A stretch of 64,000 bases of DNA from Octopus sinensis. Lineage: Eukaryota. Below, one piece after another: positions 25,100-37,057 of this stretch. Each line of letters opens with the position of its first letter. Position 1 is the stretch's first letter. Both the position numbers and the translations under genes were made by a program. The DNA is taken from positions 24,800,001 to 24,864,000 of the forward strand of contig NC_043006.1 in NCBI RefSeq assembly GCF_006345805.1, given 5' to 3'. The notes under the pieces were generated by a model, which was given only the letters and a program-made list of their open reading frames with translations, made no database searches and was not told the DNA's origin.

Positions 25100-26340
25100 A
25101 ATGTTGACTGAATAGAAATGGCAAGGAACTAGTAAGATTTAAAAGATAAGGGAATAGAAGAAAAGCCTAAAACAAAACACAGCATAAAAGATAATGATAA
25201 CTGTGAATGCTTAAATGAAAACCTAAATAGGATAGAAAAATATATGGAAGAAACCAAGAACTTAAATGATGGTATCCATAACAACTACATAAAACATTAC
25301 GCCACATGCATAAATGTAATTAACCTACAAAAATTCACTCTAAAAGAAATTACTATGAAGATGATATAGCATGGTTCATAATTCCGTTTGCAAAACAAAT
25401 GGAAACCAACATAATGAAACTATTCTATAGAGCTGTCTCTAAACATTTTTCAGAGGAAAACAAATATCACAAAGTTATTAACATATGCAAATTAAGGGAA
25501 GGTTTCTGTGTTTTGAGAAACATTGCACAAATTATATCTGCACTAAGTAGTAAAATAATTAAATGACTTCTATAAGAATAAGGACAAGGCAAATGATTCG
25601 ATTAATGACCAAAATGACAATAAAAATAATGATAATACGAAATATGCAACCAACAAAAGAAGTGAAGTCATCCTTAGTACCCCCCCCCTCTGAGAACGAA
25701 AAACATAAACCTACAACCTATGATGAATAGGAAGAATAAAAGCAATGATAACAATATGAACAATGCGAATATGGATAATGGTAGCAACAAGCATGGAATA
25801 AGTAACAATTTGAACATTAAGACAAGTAAGGAACCGAGCAAGGGGATAGACCACTAGTTAAGATATAAAATGTAGGAAATATACATAGCAAAAATAACCT
25901 CTATAATGAGGAAAATGGGCACAGTGTCATTAATAAGGAAACAACAAAAGGAATTGAAAATAAAAATTGTGATTGCGAAGTGAAAGACCGGTGTCCATTT
26001 TTGAAAAGTAAAAGGTCTAATATATTTGTGTGAGACAGTATCTGAGGGACAAAATTACTACTATATAGGCACTACAGAAAATTGCACAAACCATGAAAAT
26101 ACCTTTAAGGACAAGAGGAAAATAGCTAGCACAAGCCTAAGTAAATAAATTTGTAAGTTAAAAAAAAAATAAGGACAATATGCGGAAGTGGGAAATAATT
26201 AGCAAAGTAAAGTCCTATGACATTGGGGACAAGAGGTATGACTTATGCGTAGAGGAAATCTTCCAGATCATCACATCCAAGTATGGATTGATCAACAATA
26301 AAAGAGAAAGAGGATTTTCTTGTCCACACAATTAAATATA
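25100..26340 (+). mobile_element. Degraded Penelope-like element 3' part (GIY-YIG region)
   Basis: Broken frames at 25960-26340 give CDCEVKDRCPF, YYYIGTTEN, KWEIISKVKSYDIGDKRYDLCVEE, CPH; similar to 49861-50109. Confidence 0.5.
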
Positions 26341-26419
26341 TGTTTAATAAGTATAATTAAAATAAAATAGAAATAATAGTAAATTAAATAGACACTATTC
26401 AAGTATACGCCTAATAATA

Positions 26420-26622
26420 ATAATCTTTTCTATTATAGGCACAAGGCCTGAAATTTGGTGGAGGGGGATAGTTGATTACATCGATCCCAGTGCTCAACTG
26501 GTACTTATTTTATCAACCCCAAAAGGATGAAAGGCAAAGTTAACCTTGATGAAATTTGAACTCAGAATGTAGTGACGGGTGAAATAGCATTTTGTCCAGC
26601 ATGCTAACGATTCTGCCAGCCT
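26420..26622 (-). mobile_element. SINE family A, next to (TAA)n at 26626-26690
   Basis: Matches 9255-9470 and 34600-34800. Confidence 0.8.
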
Positions 26623-26625
26623 TGG

Positions 26626-26680
<55 letters not shown>

Positions 26681-27011
26681 TAATAATAATTCTAGAGGAA
26701 AGATGTGAATAAACCAATAGCTAATGAATGATTATAAAATAATATTCCCAGTGTAACCCTTACAATAGCTGACATACCTGAGTAAAGATATTTATAATTG
26801 CATTAAGTAATTATAGGGTAGAGACACCAAATTCTTAACAGAAATATATATACATATGTGTGTATGTGTGTGTGTACATATAAATATACGAATGTAAAGT
26901 TAATATGTGAGGGTGTGTATGTATAAATTTAATTTATAATTTTTTAAAATGTTAAATAAAATAAAAAATAAATTATGTATAAGTAAATGTTCTACGAGAA
27001 AATTAAATTAA

Positions 27012-27530
27012 ATGTACATAGGAACAAATCTTATAGTGAAATGTATACTCACCAATAGAAAGAAAAGCACTAAAATCTACCCTTGTACACGTGATGCATT
27101 GAAAATCATTGTGACAAAAGAGCCATGTGAGATTTATTTCGATGAAACAATTAAATTGTTATTGAAAATTTTCAGTGAGAGAACTTCCCTGTCCAATACT
27201 TGCTGAGAGTATTTGAATTTAGTAATAAAAAATGATAAAAATTTTGTCACCTATGCTGGAGTCATCAGTCGAGAATGCGAAAAATTCAAATTAAAAGAAA
27301 TAAATCAGGGCATGTTCAAATGTCTGATTTTTGTTCAAGGGTTAACTGCAAGCAAAGATGCAAAGATACATGTCTGGATATTGACAAAATTAGAACAGGT
27401 CCAGAATTTAACCCTGCAGGTAGTGGCAGAGGAATGTCAGAGAAAGTTTGTGTGCATAAAAATTGATAACATGAACATGAAGTTACAGCAAGATACAGGC
27501 AGAGATATTACAATTATTAACACTGACACA
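27012..27530 (+). mobile_element. Ty3/Gypsy-like gag/protease fragment (internally deleted)
   Basis: FDETIKLLLKIFSERTSL..YAGVISRECEKFKL..FKCLIFVQGLTA..ILTKLEQ..LTLQVVAEECQR then LQQDTGRDITII (DTG aspartic-protease motif). Confidence 0.65.
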
Positions 27531-27554
27531 TGAAAAAAAAATAGGAAAGCCTAC

Positions 27555-27860
27555 ATTATCTTCCCAGTTTTGCCTTCCTTTGATATTGCTGCACCTCTTA
27601 TGTGTCCATAGCTTACACAGGGTACATCTTATAGAGTTTCTAGCTATGCCTTTTCTACAGATTGAACAGGGCCATCTACCTGAAGGGATTTGTGGTTTGC
27701 CTGCCTTCCTACTTATTAGGACTTTTAGCTAGGTCGACTCTAAGGCCCTTCTATTCTAATCCTTGTTTCCACACCTGAAACTTCTCCTCAAGTTCTGATA
27801 GTGACTCAGCAAATAGAGCAAAGTCATCAGCATAGAGAAGCTCCCAGGGGCATCCTGTCT
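27555..27860 (-). mobile_element. RTE RT fragment
   Basis: Matches 21450-21750, including the LYADDL-encoding segment. Confidence 0.8.
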
Positions 27861-27869
27861 TGAACTCAA

Positions 27870-28705
27870 GCTGGCTGTGGACATATGTACCACCAATGCA
27901 TTTTGGGAGGAAAAACCCAGTGTCTACTTACACCCTCCACAAAACTAATCTTAAAAAGTCTTCTTGTGAACGTGACCTGGGTATTTTTGTCAACAGCAAT
28001 TTGCGTTGGACAAAACACATTGCTAAAATTGCCAAGAAGGCTAAGGGTGTCTTGGCATCACTTACCAAGTCCATTGTGAGCCGCTCTCCGACTATCTATC
28101 TGAGGCTTTATATAGCTATGGTGCAGCCTCACCAGTCTGGAACCCCTATCTTGCCCGGGATATTAATCGTCTGGAAACTGTTCAGCGACGTGCAACCAAG
28201 AGAATAGCCTCCATCAGGCATCAGCCATATTCTGAACGCTTTACTTCCCTGGGCATGGATACATTGAAACTCCAACGTCTGGCAGCTGACTTGACAGACA
28301 CCCATAAAATTATTAACTATCTTACTAACAATAACTCTGAGCACCATTTCAAACTCCACCTGTCTAACACCCGTGGACATGTTTACAAAGTCAGAAAACA
28401 GCACAGCTCCCATGACTTTTGGAAACATTTTTTCACGCTGAGAGTTGCTGAAGCATGGAACAAACTGCCGGTATCAGTTGTTAGTTGTCGGAGCACTGCA
28501 TCCTTCAAAACTTCCATGCTTCCTGAGATTCGCCAACACTACACCTGATTTTCTCCCCTCCATACACATGCAAGCATGTATCTGACTCATACAGTGTTCA
28601 CTTCCCAGACATTTATACATTACTGCATATACTTTATATGCACTTTTGACAAGTTGTGGTGCACCTGAGCACTGCATACAATAATTTAATTATTATTATT
28701 ATTAT
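27870..28705 (+). mobile_element. CR1/L2-type LINE 3' fragment with (ATT)n tail
   Basis: ERDLGIFVNSNLRWTKHI..LYIAMVQPH..ETVQRRATK and [22 protein letters not shown]. Confidence 0.85.
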
Positions 28706-28906
28706 TATTAGATACAATTGTAATGTCTTGGCTGAAAATATCCCTCACATGATGTATGTTTGTGTACACACACACAAACACACATGTACATACAAATACA
28801 CATATACATAGATAGGTACATACATACATATGTATATACACACATATATATACATATACATTTATATATATAGAAACAAACAGATAGGTAGATACATACA
28901 TATATA

Positions 28907-29097
28907 TATATAAATGAATGAAGGAATGGAGTCGAATGAAGTTGTTAACAAAATTCCTTTACTCTCGACATATGTTTCGAAGACAGCATATTTTTATTCT
29001 GAAGGAATAAAAATATGCTGTCTTCGAAACATATGTCGAGAGTAAAGGAATTTTGTTAACAACTTCGTTCAACTCCATTCTTTCATTCATTTATATA
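28907..29097. repeat. Foldback palindrome, 93-nt arms, 5-nt loop (TGAAG, 29000-29004)
   Basis: Inner ~62 bp perfectly complementary; 3 transition mismatches in the outer arms. Confidence 0.95.
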
Positions 29098-29246
29098 CAA
29101 CGCACAAATTTCTACACAAGAAACCGGAGTTTCTACCCTCGACAGGTCACTTCAACCGTGTTTTCTGACGTGAATTTGCTACCCAGGTATCAGTTAAACG
29201 AATTATCCATGACGATAAACATAGGATAATTCATTCACCTACTTAA

Positions 29247-29291
<45 letters not shown>

Positions 29292-29344
29292 TACTTATTT
29301 TGTAAACAGCTCTCCCCCTCTCTTTCCTTCTCTCTCTCTTTATC

Positions 29345-29377
<33 letters not shown>

Positions 29378-29388
29378 GTATATATATG

Positions 29389-29517
<129 letters not shown>

Positions 29518-29620
29518 TGGAGTAAGCACATAAATGTGAAACAAAGTGGATAAAAGAGTACTCAAATATCAGAGGTAGAGTAATATGCATTATTTAAAAG
29601 CAGCAGAAATATAACAAAAG

Positions 29621-29658
29621 CTGTTACTCAGAGTTTCACATTCCCATTTGTCAGACAG
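29621..29658 (-). ncRNA. Minimal hammerhead ribozyme-like motif (left arm)
   Basis: CUGU-CUGACAA-AUG(GGAA)UGU-GAAA-CUCUGAG-UA-ACAG; G8A variant. Confidence 0.6.
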
Positions 29659-29660
29659 TT

Positions 29661-29698
29661 TTGTCCAACGAACAGGAACGTGAAACTCTGAGTAACAG
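29661..29698 (+). ncRNA. Minimal hammerhead ribozyme-like motif (right arm)
   Basis: UUGU-CCAACGA-ACA(GGAA)CGU-GAAA-CUCUGAG-UA-ACAG; decayed core. Confidence 0.55.
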
Positions 29699-29725
29699 CT
29701 TTTATATTTCTGCTGCTTTTAAATA

Positions 29726-29761
<36 letters not shown>

Positions 29762-29767
<6 letters not shown>

Positions 29768-30158
29768 GTTGCCAGCCTTGACTGGGCCCCGTGCCGTAAA
29801 AGCACCATCCGCTCGTGTCCGTTGCCAGCCTCGCCTGGCCCCCGTGCCGGTAGCACGTAAAAGCAGCATCTGTTCGTGTCCGTTGCCAGCCTCGCCTGGC
29901 CCCCGTGCCGGTAGCACGTAGAAGCACCATCCGTTTGTGGCCGTTTGCCAGCTTTGTCTGGCACCTGTGCAGGTGGCACGTAAAAAGCACCCACTACACT
30001 CACAGAGTGGTTGGCGTTAGGAAGGGCATCCAGCCGTAGAAACACTGCCAAATCTGACTGGGCCTGATGAAGCCTCCCGGCATCACAGACCCCAGTTAAA
30101 CCGTCCAACCCATGCTAGCATGGAAAACGGACGCTAAATGATGATGATGATGATGATG
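29762..30158 (+). mobile_element. RTE 3'UTR (several ~55-60 bp units) and (GAT)n tail inside (TA)n
   Basis: Shared RTE tail; TA runs on both sides. Confidence 0.88.
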
Positions 30159-30175
30159 ATATATATATATATATA

Positions 30176-30580
30176 GGCGCAGGAGTGGCTGTGTGGTAAG
30201 TAGCTTGCTTACCAACCGCATGGTTCCGGGTTCAGTCCCACTGCATGGCACCTTGGGTAAGTGTCTTCTACTATAGCCTTGGGCTGACCAAAGCCTTCTG
30301 AGTGGATTTTTGGTAGATGGAAACTGAAAGAAGCCTGTCGTATATATGTATATATATATATGTGTGTGTGTGTGTGCATGTATGTTTGTGTTTGTCCCCC
30401 TAGCATTGCTTGACAACCGATGCTGGTGTGTTATGTCCCCCGTTACTTAGCGGTTCGGCAAAAGAGACCGATAGAATATGTACTGGGCTTGCAAAGAATA
30501 AGTCTTGGGGTTGATTTGCTCGACTAAAGGCGGTGCTCCAGCATGGCCGCAGTCAAATGACTGAAACAAGTAAAAGAGTA
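30176..30580 (+). mobile_element. Full-length tRNA-derived SINE family B
   Basis: A-box-like TGGCTGTGTGG, B-box-like GGTTCAGTCCC, CCTTGGG(C/T)AAGT core, internal TA/TG microsatellite, AAGTAAAAGAGTA end. Confidence 0.88.
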
Positions 30581-30784
30581 TATAATAAGGGGTAAAATGT
30601 GAAAAATCAACGAAAATGCATATTGCAGATAGAAAAAGGCTATTTATGACAGGTAGTGACAAATATATACATTTAGATTGACTAATATGCATTTTCGTTG
30701 ATTTTTCACATTTTACTCTTACATTTCCACGTGTATTTTCTTTCCTTTTCATAACATATTTCTACTATATATATATATATATAT

Positions 30785-30918
30785 ATCATCATCGTCATCA
30801 TCATCGTTTAATGTCCGTTCTCCATGGGTTGGACGGTTCGACTGGGGATCTGGGAAGCCAGAAGGCTGCACCAGGCTCCAGTCTTATCTGGCAATGTTTC
30901 TACAGCTGGATGCCCTTC

Positions 30919-30922
<4 letters not shown>
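30785..30922 (-). mobile_element. RTE tail fragment within (TA)n
   Basis: Reverse complement of the RTE tail with (ATC)n. Confidence 0.85.
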
Positions 30923-30956
<34 letters not shown>

Positions 30957-30957
30957 T

Positions 30958-31098
<141 letters not shown>

Positions 31099-31490
31099 GG
31101 CGCAGGAGTGGCTGTGTGGTGAGTAGCTTGCTAACCAACCACATGATTCCGGGTTCAGTCCCACTGTGTGGCATCTTAGGCAAGTGTCTTCTGCTATAGC
31201 CCCAGGCCAACCGATGCCTTGTGAGTGGATTTGGTAGACGGAAACTGAAAGAAGCATGTCGTATATATGTATATATATATATGTGTGTGTCTGTTTGTGT
31301 GTCTGTGTTTGTCCCCCTAGCATTGCTTGACAACCGATGCTGGTGTGTTTACGTCCTCGTCAGTTAGCGGTGCGGCAAAAGAGACCGATAGAATAAGTAC
31401 TGGGCTTACAAAGAATAAGTCCCGGGGTCGATTTGATCGACTAAAGGTGGTGCTCCAGCATGGCCGCAATCAAATGACTGAAACAAGTAA
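31099..31490 (+). mobile_element. Full-length SINE family B
   Basis: Similar throughout to 30176-30580. Confidence 0.88.
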
Positions 31491-31514
31491 AAACTTTAAA
31501 AAATAAAAATAAAA

Positions 31515-31585
<71 letters not shown>

Positions 31586-31691
31586 GTATATATATGTATA
31601 TATATATATGTGCATGTATATATATATATGTATGTATATATATATGTGTGTGTGAATATATATATATATGTATATATATGTGTATATATAT

Positions 31692-31735
<44 letters not shown>

Positions 31736-31751
31736 GTATGTTGTATGTATA

Positions 31752-31930
31752 TTTAGAGTTGCTGAAGCATGGAATAAACTGCCTGCGTCAGTTGTTGACT
31801 GCCATGACACTGCATCTTTTAAGGCCCTCATGCTTTCCGAAATCCGCCGAAACTACACCTGATTATATATACACTTTAGATGAGTTGTAGTGCACCTGAG
31901 CACTGTACACAATTATTATTATTATTATTA
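31752..31930 (+). mobile_element. CR1-type LINE extreme 3' end
   Basis: [14 protein letters not shown] and (ATT)n tail; matches 28440-28705. Confidence 0.82.
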
Positions 31931-32532
31931 TATATGTGTGTGTGTGTGTCTGTGTGTATATATTCCTATATACACATACATATTTATAAACACCTATGCA
32001 TGTGCATACATATGCGTGTGTGAATGTATGAATGTGTGTGCATGTGCATATGTTTGTTATCCTTTACTTGGAAAAGGAAATAAGAGCTTGTAATTAGAAA
32101 GGGCAAGTGAAGAAAAAGGAATACAATGGTAGGAAAAAGTGAAACTATATATATTATTGTTTACATAACATTTTTGTATACACTATGTGGCCGGCCGATA
32201 ATATTTTGAAATCATAAGTGTTTAATATTTAATTACATATATGTATGATTTTATATGCATATGTGTGTATGTGTATGTGTGTATGAGAGAAAGAGAGGGA
32301 GAAACTAATAAAGTAAATACAATTTGTGATAACAGTTCTTTCACTGCCACTCACTCCCACTCTGTTGTTTTACTTTTCTTTCCCCTCTTGCTTCAGAGCA
32401 AAGCCTTGATATGCTGTCACCTGCTTTAATATCTTCCACTGCTTCCCACCCCCACTCCATCTGTTGTTTTACTTGCCTTTCTCTATGGCGGGTGTTTCTC
32501 TCTATGTGTGGGTGTGTTTGTGTGTGTGTGCG

Positions 32533-33043
32533 TGGTATGGCCTGGTCAGCCTGTAATGACATGCATAAGATCTGGTCATCAAATCTAAGTAGAGACTTCA
32601 AACTTGAAATCTTCAAAGCCACAGTCGAACCGATTCTACTATATGGCTCAGAAACTTGGACGTTACCAAAGAAGCTTGAGAGGTGGTTAGATGGAACCTA
32701 CACTTGCCTCCTTATGAGAGCTCAAAATCTCTCGTGGAAGCGTCATCCAACCAAAATGCAAATATATGGGAAACTACCACCTGTGTCATCTCTTGTGAAA
32801 GGTAGGAGAGTCCAGTTTGCTGGACATTGTTGTAGAGCTGAAAACGAGGCAATTTCTACTCTTCTCCTCTGGAAGCCATCTACTTGCAACACCAGAGGGC
32901 ACACACTCTCCTACCCTGATGTAATCTCCAGGGATACAGGCATCCAGCAACAGGATCTCCGTAATGCTATGATGGACTGTGAAGTCTGGTGTAGCATGGT
33001 AAATTCCATTGTCTCGACCACGGTCGAACAATGATGATGATGA
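32533..33043 (+). mobile_element. Second RTE-like family, ORF2 C-terminus and (GAT)n tail
   Basis: KLEIFKATVEPILLYGSETWTL..GRRVQFAGHCCRA (ORF 32411-33034). Confidence 0.85.
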
Positions 33044-33285
33044 TGTGTGTGTGTGTGCGCGCATGTGTGTGTGTGCACGTGTGTGTGTGTGTGCGCGCAT
33101 GTGTGTGTGTGCGCGCATGTGTGTGTGCGCGCGTGTGTGTGTATGTGTAGATAGATGGATGTGTTGGATCAGCCCATAAATAATGTGGTTTTTTCATTTG
33201 CATGAACTAAAAGTCGGAGTGGGGATGGGATAAAAAAGCAACAATGCAACAGAAAGTGTGAGGAATATTAATGCAGTAATCTCAG

Positions 33286-33382
33286 GCATCTCAGCTAGCA
33301 GGACTCACTATCCTGGACTGAGGACGGGTAAAACCCAGAAACATGCATGTCTTCAGGTATGAATCCTAGCTGGTGGGGATGC
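33286..33382 (+). ncRNA. Type I hammerhead ribozyme, near-complete
   Basis: Core CUGAGGA 33318-33324; stem II CGGGU(AAA)ACCCA; GAAA 33338-33341; palindromic stem III ACAUGCAUGU; GUC cleavage triplet ending 33351; stem I CCUGGA/UUCAGG extended by AGGACUCA/UGAAUCCU, CAGCU/AGCUG and GCAUC/GAUGC. Confidence 0.78.
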
Positions 33383-34009
33383 TTGCCTCCCCTTCGCAAA
33401 TATAATGACACAGGAAATGTGTCAAAGCCGACAGGAAGCGTCGATGCTTCCTAGTGCTAAACAGCGGTGGTGTAATTCCCTTACGAGGACTGTCACATTA
33501 TGTTGACAGTATACCACCACTCTAACTAAACTACTGTTTTACATAAAACAATGAAGCTAATGCGGTAGCCTCTAATTGTCTCTTAACCTGCTAGAAATAG
33601 TAACCAAATGTCCCTCAAATCACATTCCACAGCTTTAAAAGATAGAAAGATAATTTAGCTAATGTAGTCTTAGATACCTCTGAAAAATACAGAACAGTCA
33701 TGGCTGAAATGTCTTCGGTTACAGGTCTGCTCATTTAAGATTGATACAATAACAACAGTAAAGTAATGATTCAAATCAAGACAAATAAAGAGCTAATATT
33801 CTTAAAGATTATATATAATAGGGCTACTAACAAGAACTTAAATTCTGTGTCCTCCATTATGGACAGGAAATTCCAAACAAAATAATTTCCTGTCTGAATG
33901 CCTGAGATGAGGAATTATTATTTTACATTTGGACTAAAATACTACACTTAACACTTAATCAATGCTTATATACACTATCCCACCATCCTGTAAGGAATTT
34001 AATTAGCAG

Positions 34010-34245
34010 GTAAGAGGTGAGCTGGCAGAAACGTTAGCATGCCGGGCGAGATGCGTAGCCGTATTTCGTCTGCCGTTACGTTCCGAGTTCAAATTCTGCC
34101 GAGGTCAACTTTGCCTTTTATCCTTTCGGGGTTGATAAATTAAGTACCAGTTACGCACTGGGGTCGATGTAATCGACTTAACCCGTGTGTCTGTCCTTGT
34201 TTGTCCCCTCTATGTTTAGCCCCTTGTGGGTAATAAAGAAATAGG
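34010..34245 (+). mobile_element. Full-length SINE family A
   Basis: tRNA-like head with GAGTTCAAATTC B-box, GCCTTT(C/T)ATCCTTTCGGGG..TAAGTACCAG domain, AAAGAAATAGG end. Confidence 0.88.
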
Positions 34246-34599
34246 TAAGAGGTCAATCCACAGATCAGTCAAACTATGTATACTTGGGTTGATGTAAAAG
34301 TGTAGAATCTCAAGAAACTGATGTTCAGCATAAGCAAATAATTTAAATACAATAGTTCTGAGATGAGAGAAAACAGAATTTAATGTGACAAGCAAAAACC
34401 TTTGTTGGAGATATTTTTTAGGAATATTTATTTTATGATAAGTATTGTTTCCTAACAATCCAGCTCTTAACTTTTTATTGAATAAATTATAAAACAATTA
34501 ACTTATATCAATGTCCTGGAGAACTAGATACTGCTATGCTTCTAGTTTTTAGAATGTTTTTGATGACTGAGCTCCAAACTTTAGCTTTCCATTCTATTC

Positions 34600-34800
34600 T
34601 ATTCTAGGCACAAGGCCCGAAATTTTTGGGGAGGGGCCCAGTTGATTAGATCGACTCCAGTATGCAACTGGTACTTAATTTATCGACACCAAAAGGATGA
34701 AAGGCAAAGTTGACCTTGGTGGAATTTGAACTCAGAACATAAAGACAAACAAAATACTGTTAAGCATTTCACCTGGTGTGTTAGCGTTTTTGCCAGTGCC
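34600..34800 (-). mobile_element. SINE family A (alternative tail)
   Basis: Matches 9255-9470. Confidence 0.8.
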
Positions 34801-36099
34801 ACCTAGGCTTTCCAAAATATTAAGTCTGCACTGTTACTGTTTGGCATTCAAAAATCTACAAATGTTTATTTATCTCTTCACTGATTTGGTATGTACTGAT
34901 TTGCTTTAGTCTGCTTTGATTTTTATAAATATTTGAGATTTGGTGGAAGTTGTACTCTATAGCACCAATCAAAGCTCTGCATCATCTCGACAAACTCCTT
35001 TTCTACTTTGCGCTACCTAATCACTATAAGCATAGCAATCAACAGATGGTCTCTATCACCAAACACCATATCATCTCCTTCCTCCATTTTTTCCACCCTC
35101 AAATTCATAGGCCCAACAACCCTAGCTACTCCATCATCTCTACTTGTAACTACTCTATTAAACCCATCTCTAAATTCCTAACCAACTCTTGTCTCTCTTC
35201 CTATACCCATGACACTAAATATACTCTTGTCTCCAACCCTTCTCCTTCCCAACTGGTCCCTTCAAAATTCTTTCTACCACAGATGTTTCTTGTAGCAAAC
35301 CCAGGAAGACATGGCATGAAGTATTGAAACCTGAGTTGAAAATGCTGATATTTATGAGGGAGATGACAAAGGACCAAAATATCTGGAATCTTGCTGTATT
35401 CAAAAAGACCTGTCCACCACAGCAGAATTGATATCCTAAAATCACCTGGTAATACTTGTCTGTGAGGAGCTCTGCTCCATCCCCACCTTCATTTTCTCTG
35501 CCCCCATCAACCATTTCTCCTTACATTTCATCCCCTAACACCCATCACTTCTCTATTTCTTGAAAGCAGAAAAGGCACACACCCTGCTTTCTCGGTCATG
35601 TTTCTTCCCCCACTTCAAACCACATTCATTTTCCATAATATTCCCCTGCCTGCTTTCTCCACAAACCATGTCTTTTTTGTGCCTTCTCTCCCCTGTATTG
35701 TTCTTCCTCATTAACACCTTGCTTATCCGGTATCACCATCAATGCCCTCACATATCTAGCGTAACTCCCACCCCTGAGCCTCTCCTGTATTTCATTCCAT
35801 CATTTGCTACAGCCACCTCTATCCTGCCCACTCATCTAGTCCAAACTTCTGTACTACCTCATTTATTCTCACCCCCTACTAATATCTCCTGAGGGTATGT
35901 CCCGATGCACCTTTATTACCATCTCTCCCACTATCACTTTCTTTATCTTACTCTCCAACTCATCCACCTTTCTTTTCCAACTGGGCTATCCATGTATCTA
36001 CTCTACAGCAAGACACTTATCTCTGTCTCAATATACCTTTAATTCTCAACTGGCACAAAACCACTCCCATTCAATACTACTTTCCTCTCTCATTTGAGG

Positions 36100-36345
36100 G
36101 ATTTTTGCCTTTCAAGGTACTTAGTGACCCTGTCAGTGATGGTATCACATAAGAAGCACTAATGCTGGTGTTGGTGCCACATAAAAAGCACCCATTACAG
36201 TGGTTGGTGTTAGGAAGGGCATTTGGCTGTAGAAGTCATGCCAAAACAGACAACGGAGCCTGATGTGACTCCTGGTTTTGCCAGCTCCTGTCAAGCCATC
36301 GACCTCATACCAGCATGGAAAACATACATCAAATGATGATGATGA
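36100..36345 (+). mobile_element. Old RTE 3' tail
   Basis: GGTTGGTGTTAGGAAGGGC..CAGCATGGAAAAC..ATGATGATGAT. Confidence 0.72.
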
Positions 36346-36800
36346 TTATGGGGACTACATACTTCAACACAGTTTCTGCCGATCAAAAACACTTGCCCAA
36401 AGTGAAACTGAACCCAAACTACACGTTTACTCCCTCTGTACAATCATTTTCCATCTGACAATCTCAGATCTCATATTCATTCTGGTCTTCTGCCCTACAT
36501 TTGAATCCAGTACCTCTACACTTATACACTCCATAAAACTTGACCTTACATTCAATTGATTCACTATTTTCAGAGGCGTTATACCAGCAGTTCACCTTTG
36601 TGAAGATAGGCCCTAAAACAATGGGAATGAATTGCCATTAATTTAACAACCGAATGAACTGAGAGGGAAGTTGAAGATATCAATTCATAGCATTTATTTT
36701 TAAAGATTGAATCAGATATGATCCTTCAATAGAGAACTACATGAGGAATGATGGGAAGTTCTTTTTTCATACAGTGATTTAGTTGTGGACTGCTTCCATA

Positions 36801-36866
<66 letters not shown>

Positions 36867-37057
36867 CATAGACTACTAATGTAGTCTGCTACTTTGTAGT
36901 CCTTAAGCTAGTTTCAGTTTCAGGTCTGGCTGTCAAACATCAGCTGATATTGAACAATACCTGATGTAAACACATGATTGCATTCTTCTATCTACTCTGT
37001 TTTCACATCTTATCTGTTTTCTATTTCCCTTTTTCTTTCTAAGCAAGTATATATTAA

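Noticed and set aside
30176-30250. tRNA-like sequences with A and B boxes (also 31099, 34010, 39584)
   Set aside because: These are SINE heads continuing into SINE bodies, with no complete cloverleaf; not tRNA genes.
33545-33585. TAATGC..TAGCCTCTAATTGT, reminiscent of twister ribozyme words
   Set aside because: No P4 or pseudoknot pairings could be built.
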